In this document: positions 38,448-48,354 of the stretch, piece by piece
How positions within the stretch are numbered: the stretch's first letter is position 1
Layout: each line of letters begins with the position of its first letter
Translations under genes and position numbers: made by a program
The notes under the pieces: generated by a model
What the model saw: only the letters and a program-made list of their open reading frames with translations
Told to the model about the DNA's origin: nothing
Databases searched by the model: none
From: Candidatus Berkelbacteria bacterium Licking1014_7
GTDB taxonomy: Bacteria > Patescibacteriota > UBA1384 > GWA2-35-9 > CG2-30-39-44
Assembly: GCA_007376535.1 (NCBI GenBank)
Contig: VMGK01000005.1
Location: 2,085-66,084, forward strand
DNA length: 64,000 nucleotides
Reading direction: 5' to 3'

Positions 38448-38730
38448 TAGTTTAAAGTGAAATTTTCAATTTTCAATTTTCAATTTTCAATGAATTCTCA
38501 ATGTTCAGATTGAATGAATTAAATCAAACAGCCCCGAAGATAAATTTCAAAGTCCAAATTTCAAATATCAAAACATTAAAAAGATTAATGAAACCCCCGA
38601 CATTCTAACTTTTAATCCGCCAGTGGGCGGATGGCGGACATTCTTAAATCTAACATCTTAAATTTTAAATCTGTAAAACTTTTACTTTTTGCTGTTTGCA
38701 TTTTGGATTTTGACATTTACTCAAGGGATT

Positions 38731-38767
38731 CCTTCAAAATATAGTATATATTAAAATATAAAGTAAA
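38731..38767 (+). promoter_or_regulatory. Promoter-like 37-bp repeat CCTTCAAAATATAGTATATATTAAAATATAAAGTAAA upstream of the 841-aa gene
   Basis: Near-identical copy at 41432-41469, upstream of pilA. Contains TATAAT-like hexamers. Confidence 0.45.
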
Positions 38768-38815
38768 GAATTTGCGGAAAAAAACCGCAAGTAAAAAATT
38801 AAGAAAGGAGAAAAT

Positions 38816-41341
38816 ATGAAAAAGATAAAGTTAGGCAAAATTAGAAAGTTCTTTTCGGAGTGGTCGCGCAAGAAAGCAATACTATTTGCGGGCGGTGTCG
38901 CGCTCATTATTCTGGCTGGCGCAGCCGGTTATGTGGTCTATAAGCAAAGGGCCGGCGCGGATGTGCTTAAGCAATTTGAAGATGCGAAAATAAATATTGA
39001 AGCCTCGGCTGATTATTTCCCGATATTTAATCCCCCAATAGTTTCCATAAAACCAAATGCTCCGGCTGAAGTTAACACTGATGTGTATATAAAAGGAGGT
39101 CAGAAGGTTGCCGACCTTAATGCGCTCACATTCTCATGGGAAGAAACTTCTGGCGCTGAATTGTTAACTGGAAAAGATTTTGGAAAAACCCTTGATATCA
39201 CCTCCACTGGCGATGGAAAAATAAAAATTTCAGTCAAAGATTCGCTTAAAAACAGCATTAAGGGAAGAATATACACCTTTATTAAAGTAACAATCGCCAA
39301 ATCAAACACAACGGCTAAAACCCAAATCACCGAATTGCCAGTTATTATCAATCCTACAACACCTGCCTGGAATCAATTTGAGATTACTGTCAGATCCAGT
39401 GACGGCGGCATCACCGCTTACAAGGCCTGGGATACTGACGGCAAATTAATTCCATTGAATAAGCCGCCGGTCACGAATGATTATGCTAATTCTAGCGTTG
39501 GGGGGTGGAGATACGCTGATTATTATATTCTCAGATATAAATTTTTTTCTCCTGAATATGGAGATATTATTACTCCGTTTACTGAAATAAGATACTGTTT
39601 CGGCTTTAATTGGTGTGGTCGACCATGGCAATTTTCTGATGGCGAAAATGGACTAACCACGACAATACCCGACTATGGTCACGCAATAAATAATAACTAC
39701 TTGAATGGAATATTTACTACACCAATGTCAGCTTTTATAGTAACCGGCTTCGGATCGTTTCAATCAGGCTATATATCAGGTGGATGGTACCCTATACTTC
39801 GTAAAACGATCAAAATAGCGCCTGATTCCATAGAGTGGACGGTAAATAGTGATAAAATAAAAATTGCCAAAGGAGATAAATCACCCATTGTTTATCTATA
39901 TAATCTTGTCTCCGATAAACCAGATGATTATAAAATTAAACTTAATGCCAAAATTGATATAGGCGGAAAAAAAATTCTTCTTCAATCATCTGATTTCAGA
40001 TACAGTGGTACCTATACCTCTTTCCAAATATTTTCTCCCTCCGCCGCATCTTCCACACCCACCACCACCCCCACCACCAGCACCGTCACTTCGGCTGAAG
40101 AAATCAAAGCCCGCGACACCCAAAGAAAAGCTGACATAACCTCTATCCAGCAAGCATTGGAAAAATATTATCAAGCCAAGGGAACTTATCCGGATGCCAC
40201 AGGAGCCGCAGCGCCCAATGGTTCGTGGACTAACAGCGCCGATGATAGTTGGGATAAATTGACTGACGAGTTGAAACCCTATTTGTCCAATCTTCCCGAA
40301 GATCCGTCCAATACCGCCAATACCAGCAATGCCAATTGGACCGGTGTAGGCGAAGGAGATGCCTATAGTTACTCATATTTTTCAAAAGGTAATGGCAAAG
40401 ATAGTACCTGCCAATGGTATATGTTGGTTTATAGAATGGAAGACAAAGCCAACTCAGCCGGCATAACAAAAGGAGCAACCGCTTGCGATGCTAAAAAATA
40501 TAATTATGTTGGCAAAGACAGTTCGGTTGTGACAGTTGGCAATATGATTAAAAAATCTACCTCCACCACCACAACTCCGACTACCACTCCAACTGCTACT
40601 CCTGATCCTAAAATAGACCAGCAACGTCTCAAAGACATAGAAACCATTAAATCAGCCCTTGAGAAATACAAAACCGCCAAAGGGAGTTATCCGAGTACAA
40701 AAGGAGCTTCAAAACCGAATGGCAGCTGGTCAAGCAGCAACGATGACAGCTGGGCAAAGTTGGAAAAAGAACTTAAGCCCTATCTTGCGGCTGGAGTATT
40801 GCCCAAAGACCCGGTCAATACCAGTGGCGGTTGGGCGTTTTGGGGCAACACCTACACATACAGCTATTTCTCCGAGGGTTACGGCAAATCGTCTTCCTGC
40901 CAATGGTATATGCTGGTTTATCGGCTTGACGACGTTAAACTCAAAACCAGTCCGGGAGTAAAAGCGTGCAGTGGAACAAATTTCCAATACGGCAATGGAG
41001 CGATTACCGAGGGCAAAGTTGTCAACATAACTTCAACGACCACCACTCCGACCGTTAAAATCAACCAGGCCAACTTAACTCAATATACAACAGGAACATG
41101 GATTAGAAAAACCTATTACAAACTTGAAGCCAAGTGGACTGGCAGTGATAAAGAAGATGGAACCAATCTGACTTACCGCTATAAAGTAGATAATGGCAAA
41201 TGGAGCGCTTGGTCAAAAACCACATCTGCCACTATTAAAGCACTGAATGGCGTCAAACACTCTCTTACCGTAGAAGTCAAAGACAGCCAAGGGGCTGTCG
41301 GACAGGCAACTGCTTCCGCTTCATCTAAGGATTTTGACTAA
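38816..41341 (+). CDS. Large (841 aa) membrane-anchored protein with two tandem pilin/pseudopilin-like globular domains and Thr/Pro linkers
   Basis: Two repeats of RKADITSIQQALEKYYQAKGTYP ... CQWYMLVYR, matching the post-helix region of the pilA gene here. No prepilin leader. Confidence 0.6.
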   Translation: MKKIKLGKIRKFFSEWSRKKAILFAGGVALIILAGAAGYVVYKQRAGADVLKQFEDAKINIEASADYFPIFNPPIVSIKPNAPAEVNTDVYIKGGQKVADLNALTFSWEETSGAELLTGKDFGKTLDITSTGDGKIKISVKDSLKNSIKGRIYTFIKVTIAKSNTTAKTQITELPVIINPTTPAWNQFEITVRSSDGGITAYKAWDTDGKLIPLNKPPVTNDYANSSVGGWRYADYYILRYKFFSPEYGDIITPFTEIRYCFGFNWCGRPWQFSDGENGLTTTIPDYGHAINNNYLNGIFTTPMSAFIVTGFGSFQSGYISGGWYPILRKTIKIAPDSIEWTVNSDKIKIAKGDKSPIVYLYNLVSDKPDDYKIKLNAKIDIGGKKILLQSSDFRYSGTYTSFQIFSPSAASSTPTTTPTTSTVTSAEEIKARDTQRKADITSIQQALEKYYQAKGTYPDATGAAAPNGSWTNSADDSWDKLTDELKPYLSNLPEDPSNTANTSNANWTGVGEGDAYSYSYFSKGNGKDSTCQWYMLVYRMEDKANSAGITKGATACDAKKYNYVGKDSSVVTVGNMIKKSTSTTTTPTTTPTATPDPKIDQQRLKDIETIKSALEKYKTAKGSYPSTKGASKPNGSWSSSNDDSWAKLEKELKPYLAAGVLPKDPVNTSGGWAFWGNTYTYSYFSEGYGKSSSCQWYMLVYRLDDVKLKTSPGVKACSGTNFQYGNGAITEGKVVNITSTTTTPTVKINQANLTQYTTGTWIRKTYYKLEAKWTGSDKEDGTNLTYRYKVDNGKWSAWSKTTSATIKALNGVKHSLTVEVKDSQGAVGQATASASSKDFD

Positions 41342-41431
41342 TTTTAGAATAGTCCTTGATGGCACATTGGCATTTTCATTCTCTGTTATTCTGAGCCCCG
41401 CTATCTAACGGGATAAACTCCGCCGAAGGAT

Positions 41432-41469
41432 CCTTCCAAAATATAGTATATATTAAAATATAAAGTAAA
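41432..41469 (+). promoter_or_regulatory. Second copy of the promoter-like repeat, upstream of pilA
   Basis: See 38731-38767. Confidence 0.45.
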
Positions 41470-41741
41470 AATAATTATCCCCCGTCATTCAATCTCTTGC
41501 AATATTCTGACCCGTCTTGCCGACGAGGCAGGTTGCAGGTATTTGCAAGTAGATTTTCCGCCAGAGGCGCCCGCCTGCCGGACGGGCAGGGATCTGCCTT
41601 TGGCACGACATTTCGGGGGACTTTCTGAACTTGCTTTCTGCTGCGCCCTACCGAAGCACGCACTGTGAGTACACTATGTAATAGGTTTCACAGTAAGTGC
41701 GAAGGAGGGTTGGGAAACGCAATTCAGGAGCGGGAGAAAAT

Positions 41742-42185
41742 ATGTTAGAAAAAGCAAAAAGGGAAGTAAAAAGAGGATTTTCGCTCATTGAGCTTTTGGT
41801 CGTGATTGCCGTCATCGGCATTTTAGCCGGGATTTTGCTGATTGGCTTTAACAGCGCGCGTATCAAAGCGCGCGACGCCGACAGGAAAAGCGAGTTGGTG
41901 CAACTTAAAACATTGGTAGATATTTATATGACCGATAATACCAATGCGCCCGCCGGCACCGACATCAATGTTTCAGCGATAAACAATGATAATCCTGTGG
42001 GTGTATTTCCGGATTATAAAGCCGGTTTGGCAACTGGTCCCAACGGAACTGAAGATGAGTATAAATATACTGCCAGCGGGACCGATTTTACTCTTGGCGC
42101 AAAACTTGAGATTGCTCCAAGCAGTACGCCTAAACCATGCCCCACCGCTTTTGGCGCAACTTATAATTACTGCCTCGGCAATTAA
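41742..42185 (+). CDS. pilA: Type IV major pilin
   Basis: Class III leader MLEKAKREVKRG|FSLIELLVVIAVIGILAGI (G-1, F+1, E+5). Confidence 0.8.
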   Translation: MLEKAKREVKRGFSLIELLVVIAVIGILAGILLIGFNSARIKARDADRKSELVQLKTLVDIYMTDNTNAPAGTDINVSAINNDNPVGVFPDYKAGLATGPNGTEDEYKYTASGTDFTLGAKLEIAPSSTPKPCPTAFGATYNYCLGN

Positions 42186-42944
42186 TTGATGTTTGCAGAT
42201 TTAATCATAATTTTTATTTTTGGCTTAGGGCTGGGGTCGTTTGCCGGGGTGATTATTTGTCGCAGAAAAACCCCTTTTCTGATAGTTGCCAAACCCAGCC
42301 ACTGCGATTATTGTAAGCGCAAACTGGGATTTTTGGATTTAATCCCAGTGGTAAGTTTTGTCTTGCAAAAAGGAAAATGCCATTATTGTTGCAAAAAGAT
42401 CAGTTGGTTTTATCCGGGCGTTGAAATTTTATCTGGTATGGCTTTTGCCATAAATTGGTATTTTTTCAAATCGCAAAATCAAGATATCTCGCATTTGGTT
42501 TTGTCTAATGCGCTGATTTTTATTTTAATCATTATTGCGTTTATTGATTTTAAGCAGATGATTGTGCCTGATTCGTTAGTGCTGATTATTTTGTTGATCG
42601 CGCTTGTCAAAATGTTTTTGGGAAAGACCTACCTGGCAGGTTTTGAGGGATTGGCGCTGGCAGGCGGTTTTTTAGCAGTATTGGCTATCGCTGGCAGGGG
42701 CAATTGGATGGGTTGGGGCGATGTGAAATTAGCCGGCGCGCTCGGCATATTTTTGGGATTTTCTGGTTCGCTGGCAATGATTTTTAACGCCTTTATCATC
42801 GGCGCTTTAGTGTCAGTATTTTTATTGATAATCAAAGATAAAAAACTCAAAGATCATATTCCTTTTGCTCCTTTTATTGTGATCGGCGCTTTTTTGGCGC
42901 TATGGTTAGACCAGATAATATCAAATTATGTTTTATGGTTTTAA
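42186..42944 (+). CDS. pilD: Prepilin peptidase PilD (A24 family)
   Basis: N-terminal CDYC...CHYC zinc motif and conserved Asp-containing TM helices. Confidence 0.85.
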   Translation: MMFADLIIIFIFGLGLGSFAGVIICRRKTPFLIVAKPSHCDYCKRKLGFLDLIPVVSFVLQKGKCHYCCKKISWFYPGVEILSGMAFAINWYFFKSQNQDISHLVLSNALIFILIIIAFIDFKQMIVPDSLVLIILLIALVKMFLGKTYLAGFEGLALAGGFLAVLAIAGRGNWMGWGDVKLAGALGIFLGFSGSLAMIFNAFIIGALVSVFLLIIKDKKLKDHIPFAPFIVIGAFLALWLDQIISNYVLWF

Positions 42945-43437
42945 GAATGAGAAAGGTTTGTCTCTAATTGAGTTGGTTATTTCTATTTCAATCATCAGTA
43001 TTTTAACAGTGGCGGGCGTGATTTCTTTGAGCAAGACCAAGACATATCAAAATGTGGATATTGCCACAGGTGAATTGAAAGTCACGATTATAAAAGCCAA
43101 AAATTATGCGCAAAATCCGCCGGAAAAATACCAAGGATTGGATTATAAACAATATGGCGTAAAGATTGACAAAACAAATAATAAATATTGGTTAGTGGCT
43201 AAAAAAAGCGATGGCGGCAACACAGATTTAATAGAATATAATTTGCCAGATAAAGTTATTTTTGGCAACATAAATTTGAAAAAAAACACCGCTGTGCTTT
43301 CCGAAATTATTTTTGATATTGAAAGCCGAGCCAAAATTACTAACTTAGGTGAAGACGGGACCATTGAGATAAAAAATAATGTAGACACAAAGACCATAAT
43401 TATAAAATATCCGTATGGATCAGTTGAAGCGCGGTAA
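42928..43437 (+). CDS. Minor pilin / pseudopilin
   Basis: Leader ...NEKG|LSLIELVISISI. Confidence 0.6.
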   Translation: MFYGFKNEKGLSLIELVISISIISILTVAGVISLSKTKTYQNVDIATGELKVTIIKAKNYAQNPPEKYQGLDYKQYGVKIDKTNNKYWLVAKKSDGGNTDLIEYNLPDKVIFGNINLKKNTAVLSEIIFDIESRAKITNLGEDGTIEIKNNVDTKTIIIKYPYGSVEAR

Positions 43438-43837
43438 AAAATGGGGTTTTTCGCTGATTGAAGTGGTCATTGCCACCGGAATTTTAGCGATGAGCGTGTC
43501 GTCAATTATGTCATTGGCAATTTATACGCAAAAAAACACTCAATTTTTGTTAGAAAAGACCTACGCGACCATTCAAGCGTCAAATGGAATTGAGATGGTT
43601 CGGGTTCAGCGCGATCAGAATGTTAGTGATTCAAATTCAGCCACCGATTGGAATAACGGTTCTAATGACACAGCCAATTTTTCAAGCGATTCGTTTAATT
43701 TTTCAGGCAAAACATTTACCCGAACGATTATTTTTAAGACAGATGGAAAAATTACCAGCGCGGTCGCTTGGGGCGCTGGCGGTAGTAATAAAATTACTCT
43801 TGTTGCTCAATTAACTGATTGGAAATTTGAAAGATGA
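43415..43837 (+). CDS. Minor pilin / pseudopilin
   Basis: Leader ...KKWG|FSLIEVVIATGI. Confidence 0.65.
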   Translation: MDQLKRGKKWGFSLIEVVIATGILAMSVSSIMSLAIYTQKNTQFLLEKTYATIQASNGIEMVRVQRDQNVSDSNSATDWNNGSNDTANFSSDSFNFSGKTFTRTIIFKTDGKITSAVAWGAGGSNKITLVAQLTDWKFER

Positions 43838-44304
43838 AAAACACTAATCGTAAAACCGGATTTAGTTTGATTGAAATTGTGATTGCCACTGGTATTTTTG
43901 CTTTTGCCTTGGTCGCGGGTTTGTCGTCCTACCAAAGTTTTAATCGGACCTATAAAGCCACTCAGGCGAAAAGAGAAGCGACCCAGACCCTGCAATTTAT
44001 TTACGAAACCATTTCTCGCGAGGTCTGGTCTGCGGATAAAATTGTATTTGATGTTGCTAATACTAAAAAAGCCACGATCGGCAGTGTTGTTTTGGAGTAT
44101 AAAAATAATGAAATTCAAATAGGAGCCGTACGGCTAAATGATTCGGCAAAAGTTAAAATTGATGATTTTACTTTGTGTCCAGATAAAAATAGCGTAAGAA
44201 TCGACGACTGCACAACGGATAGAAATTTGGTGGTTCAATTTCAAATGGATTTTTCAGGCCGGCAAGAAACCATAAAATTTGTTAATACTTTGCGAAAATT
44301 ATGA
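43834..44304 (+). CDS. Minor pilin / pseudopilin
   Basis: Leader ...RKTG|FSLIEIVIATGI. Confidence 0.65.
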   Translation: MKNTNRKTGFSLIEIVIATGIFAFALVAGLSSYQSFNRTYKATQAKREATQTLQFIYETISREVWSADKIVFDVANTKKATIGSVVLEYKNNEIQIGAVRLNDSAKVKIDDFTLCPDKNSVRIDDCTTDRNLVVQFQMDFSGRQETIKFVNTLRKL

Positions 44305-45062
44305 CATTTAAGAAAATTAAATCAGGAAAGTCGCAATCAGGCAGCGCTTTGATGACGGTTTTGGTGGTGGTGTCAATAATGACCATCGTTTCGCTTTCTG
44401 GCTCAAAAATTTTAATGATGCAGTTTGAAAATATTCGCAATTTTGCCTCGTCGCGCGCCGCGTTTTATCTGGCAGAATCAGGCATAGAGCAAGGTCTTTA
44501 CGATTTTAGAAGAGATCGTCGGGAAGAGAAGAGTGATCAAAAGATTTCTTTGGGGGCGATTGATGGCAAGAATTTTGATTTTAATTATTCGTCAATTTTT
44601 TGGGTGAATGAAGTTGCAGATGTGAATGTGGGTCAAGATAATGTTTGGGATCAGGAAGTAAGTACCGGAGAATTACAAAATTTGCAATATAAATGGGCTT
44701 GGTTGGCAGGTGTCAATAATGATAACCGTCGGGCGCAGATTTTACATTATACAGATAGCGGAGAAGCAATTTCCGGCGCGGTGGTGGTGGCAGCTCCGGC
44801 GCCGTCTGCTTTTCAATCTATTCCTTTTGATACTCAAACCAAAAAATTTCGCTTTCTAATGTTTGGGGCAGGGATAAAAGATTTTAACTTAAAGTGTAGC
44901 GTTACAACATCAAAGTGTTTGGCTGATACACAAAATACCATTACCAGTAAGGCGTCTTATGGCGGGATTTCGCGAAAATTAGAAGTAAAAGTTGATCGCC
45001 AGACCGGCGCGTTAATAAGTTTGTTTGACTATACTTTGTATAGTGTTGGCGAAATTAAATAA
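44301..45062 (+). CDS. PilX-like minor pilin / pilus assembly protein
   Basis: N-terminal SGSALMTVLVVVSIMTIV helix typical of the PilX N-domain. Confidence 0.45.
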   Translation: MTFKKIKSGKSQSGSALMTVLVVVSIMTIVSLSGSKILMMQFENIRNFASSRAAFYLAESGIEQGLYDFRRDRREEKSDQKISLGAIDGKNFDFNYSSIFWVNEVADVNVGQDNVWDQEVSTGELQNLQYKWAWLAGVNNDNRRAQILHYTDSGEAISGAVVVAAPAPSAFQSIPFDTQTKKFRFLMFGAGIKDFNLKCSVTTSKCLADTQNTITSKASYGGISRKLEVKVDRQTGALISLFDYTLYSVGEIK

Positions 45063-45149
45063 ACAATCTGGGCTCGCAATAACCAAAATAAAAAAATTTG
45101 ACAATTTTTTGTTTTTGTGTAATAATGGAATAGACTTCTTCCGGAATAA

Positions 45150-45300
45150 TTTTTCGTAGCGAAACGCAGTAATTTTGAGCGAAAATTGTGAAGAACGAGG
45201 AAAGGTATATGGAATATCCATTGACGAGTTATGAACAATTTGCAGCCAAAATTACAAGTTGTAGTAGAAAAGGTTATTGTGGAAGAAGTCTAACAAAAAA
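45150..45300 (-). mobile_element. Degenerate inverted MITE copy downstream of the pilus operon
   Basis: TTTGCAGCCAAAATTACAAGTTGTAGTAG and GCGAAAATTGTGAAGAACGAGGAAAG match the MITE core in reverse. Confidence 0.4.
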
Positions 45301-45469
45301 TAATCCGTAGACAGCAAGCGAGGTTCAGATTTCTGATTTTGGAAGAAGTCTAGTAAGTCTTGCCGAGGAAATATTGTTAAATTGTTTTTAACCTTGAATT
45401 TCGTAATTCAAGGTATTTAATCAATATTTACCAACTGCGGAAACCGCAGTTTTTTAAAACGGGAACAAT

Positions 45470-45994
45470 ATGAAACTTTCAAAAGAACAGAAAAAACAGT
45501 TTGTAAAAAAATTAGCCAAAAAGGTTAATCAGGCAAAGGCGGTGATAATTCTCGGATTTAAGGGCACTGGTATGAGCCAGATGACTATTTTGCGCCAGGC
45601 GCTTCGGGAAAAAGACATTGAGATGTTTGTGGTAAAAAATAGTTTGCTTGAACGCGCGTTTCGCGATCAAGGCGCCTATTTGCCGCCAGAAATTTTAAAA
45701 CAACCGTTGGCGATTGTGATTGGTCTGACTGATGAAGTTGAACCAGCCAGGCAAATCGTGGAAATTGGTAAAGAAGTTGAGACCATCAAGCCATTATCAG
45801 GAATTTTTGAAGGTCAAATAGTGGACGAGCAATATATTCGAGAATTGGCGCAGTTGCCCAGTAAAGATGAAATTAGAGCAAAATTAGTTAGCGCGATTAA
45901 AGGTCCGATTACCAGCATGCATAATGTTTTGCGATACAATTTAGCGGGTTTGATTGAAATTTTGAAACAGAAAAGTCAGATGGCTAAATTCTAA
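45470..45994 (+). CDS. rplJ: 50S ribosomal protein L10
   Basis: Conserved L10 N-terminus (K.V.ELA.K....AVIILGFKG.GMSQMTILRQALR). Confidence 0.85.
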   Translation: MKLSKEQKKQFVKKLAKKVNQAKAVIILGFKGTGMSQMTILRQALREKDIEMFVVKNSLLERAFRDQGAYLPPEILKQPLAIVIGLTDEVEPARQIVEIGKEVETIKPLSGIFEGQIVDEQYIRELAQLPSKDEIRAKLVSAIKGPITSMHNVLRYNLAGLIEILKQKSQMAKF

Positions 45995-46097
45995 ACTCTT
46001 CAGCCAGAGGCTGATCCGCCTTTGGCGGACAATGTTTCAATGTTTATTGCATTAAATCAAAAATCAAACAGCAAAAAGCAAAAACAAATATCAAAAT

Positions 46098-46195
46098 TAC
46101 GACTTACGCAAAATTCGGCTTTATGTTATATTTTCTTGGATAATCGCTTCTCAGCACGCTCGTCGCCCCAGCGTGGCTCCTCGCTCGTCCTCGCC
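46098..46195 (+). repeat. Interspersed repeat family (ACGACTtACgCAAAA ... TTCTTGGATAATCGCTTCTCAGCACGCTCGTCGCCCCAGC..GGCTCCTCGCTCGTCCTCGCC) in the rplJ-rplL spacer
   Basis: Copies at 10708-10811 and, truncated, at 6996-7041. Confidence 0.6.
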
Positions 46196-46402
46196 TATAG
46201 ATTTTCCGCCAGAGGCGGATCTGCCTTTGGCATGACACTTTGACGGGCAGGCATTTTGATTTATCATTTTTGATATTTGATTTATTATTGTGTTATTAGA
46301 AAATATTATACGAAATTACGAAAATTAAAATAATTTTAACTTTGGGTTGTCATTTTGCATTTTGAGATTTGCATTTTGCATTTGACGACCGAAGGGAGGA
46401 AC

Positions 46403-46849
46403 ATGTCAGAAGAAAAGCGAACAAAAACCGAAACAAGCAAGGAGGAGAAAAAAGAAAAGTTAGCGGCTTTTTCAGAAATTGTGGAAAAGATTGAGAAGTT
46501 GTCTGTCAAGGACTTGGCTGATTTTGTTAAAGGATTAGAAGATCGTTGGGGTGTGCAAGCAGTTGCAACTGTTTCTGCTGGCGCTGGAGCCACTGCGCCC
46601 GCGCAGCCAGGCGCGCCCGCGGACGCGGATGAAAAAGCCGAATATACTATTCATTTGGCAGATAGCGGCAGTCAAAAAATCGCAGTGATTAAAACGATTC
46701 GCGAAATCCGTAATGACCTTGGACTCAAAGAAGCCAAGGATTTGGCAGATGGCGCGCCCAAAGATATTAAAGAAAATGTGCCCAAAGAAGAAGCGGAAGA
46801 AGCCAAGAAAAAGCTGGAAATAGCAGGTGCTAAGGTTGAATTGAAATAG
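46403..46849 (+). CDS. rplL: 50S ribosomal protein L7/L12
   Basis: Alanine-rich hinge and C-terminal KIAVIKTIREI...GLKEAKDLAD...KEEAEE.KKKLE.AGA.VELK. Confidence 0.9.
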   Translation: MSEEKRTKTETSKEEKKEKLAAFSEIVEKIEKLSVKDLADFVKGLEDRWGVQAVATVSAGAGATAPAQPGAPADADEKAEYTIHLADSGSQKIAVIKTIREIRNDLGLKEAKDLADGAPKDIKENVPKEEAEEAKKKLEIAGAKVELK

Positions 46850-47044
46850 ATTTCAATTCAACCAGAATTTCAATGTTAGATGCTATATTTTAGAATATTA
46901 AAATGATATTCAAATTTTTAGAAATAAATTTTAAATTTTACATTGTCATTTTGCCTGCCCGCTAATCGCCTGAGCGATAGCGATGGCGGGCGGGAGATTT
47001 GTGTCTTACATTTTGAGATTGAGGCAATTTCTATCAAATCAAAT

Positions 47045-48088
47045 ATGAAAATGCTAAAATCTAAAGTAGACCAATTAAGATTAATCCATGGCACTGTCCA
47101 ATTGCCTTGCTTTATTCCTTGCGCCACGCGCGGGGTTTTGCGCGGGATTTCTTGGGATGAGTTAAGCAAAATTGGCTATAATATGATTTTGGTAAATGCT
47201 TACTATATGTATTTGTTCCCGGGATTAGAAACAATCAAAAAACTGGGCGGTTTGCATCAGTTTATTGGTTGGCAGGGCGCGATTTTATGCGACAGCGGCG
47301 GCTTTCAGGTTTTTTCGCTAAAGCCAAAGATAGGGGATAGGGGAGTTAGATTTAAATCGCATATTGATGGCAGCGAGCATTTTTTTACGCCAGAGTTGGT
47401 TTGGCTGTCTAACGAGGTTTTAGGCGCTGACATTGCGATGCCATTAGACGATTGTCCGCCGGGCGAGGCGGATAAAAAAAGAGTTGAGCAGGCGGTTAAT
47501 AGAACTCATAATTGGCTTTTAAGAACTATTAACGCCAAAGAAAAAAGCCCTGCCAGAAAAACCGAACAAATACCGAAACTATTCGGAATTGCGCAGGGCG
47601 GAATATATCAGGATTTAAGAGAAAAATCAGTAAAATTTGTGGTAGATTTGTATAAAAGAAAAATGATTGACGGAATTGCCATCGGCGGCGTGGCAGTAGG
47701 CGAACAAAAGGCGAACATCAGGCAAGTTATTCGTTATGTAAGCAAGTGGTTGCCCAAAGACGCGCCCAAATATCTGATGGGGATTGGCGAGCCAGAAGAT
47801 ATAATATTTGCAGTTAGACACGGTTTTAATATGTTTGATTGCGTTTTGCCGACACGAATGGGGAGACATGGGGTCGCTTATCAGCGACAAATTTCAAAAT
47901 CCAAATTACAAATTCCAAATATTAAATACGAAAAATTGGATCTCAGGAAAAGTAAATTTAAAACTGATAAAAAGTGGGGATATTTGAGTTATTTATTGCG
48001 GATTGGCGATATGCAGGGCGCTCGGTTGGCGAGTTTAGAAAACTTGCGAGTGTACTATAGTTTAATGCAGAAATTGCGAAAAAAATAA
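47045..48088 (+). CDS. tgt: Queuine tRNA-ribosyltransferase
   Basis: DSGGFQ, GIGEPEDI and LPTRMGRHG motifs. Start at MKMLK. The canonical C-terminal CxCxxC...H zinc site is not evident. Confidence 0.8.
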   Translation: MKMLKSKVDQLRLIHGTVQLPCFIPCATRGVLRGISWDELSKIGYNMILVNAYYMYLFPGLETIKKLGGLHQFIGWQGAILCDSGGFQVFSLKPKIGDRGVRFKSHIDGSEHFFTPELVWLSNEVLGADIAMPLDDCPPGEADKKRVEQAVNRTHNWLLRTINAKEKSPARKTEQIPKLFGIAQGGIYQDLREKSVKFVVDLYKRKMIDGIAIGGVAVGEQKANIRQVIRYVSKWLPKDAPKYLMGIGEPEDIIFAVRHGFNMFDCVLPTRMGRHGVAYQRQISKSKLQIPNIKYEKLDLRKSKFKTDKKWGYLSYLLRIGDMQGARLASLENLRVYYSLMQKLRKK

Positions 48089-48354
48089 TCAGAATTGTTA
48101 TTGCGAACAGATTCATCTTAATGTCATTTATGTTTAGTATATATTAAGTTTTTATGTGGATTGTGGCGTCTATTCGTCTAACTGATTAAAATTAAAATCT
48201 TTAACATTTTAGTGCGATCGCATCAGTTTGTTAAAGATTCCAATAAATTTAATTGAGGAATAGCGCGCAAAAAAATAGCATGCCTTGACATTTGTCAGGG
48301 TTTTATAGTATATTGTTGATGATTTAATAAAAGCACATTGACAAGGAGGTAGAC

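Noticed and set aside
46022-46243. 73-aa ORF in the rplJ-rplL spacer
   Set aside because: It is the translation of the interspersed repeat plus REP hairpins. The same peptide (DNRFSARSSPQ.GSSLVLA) arises wherever the repeat occurs.
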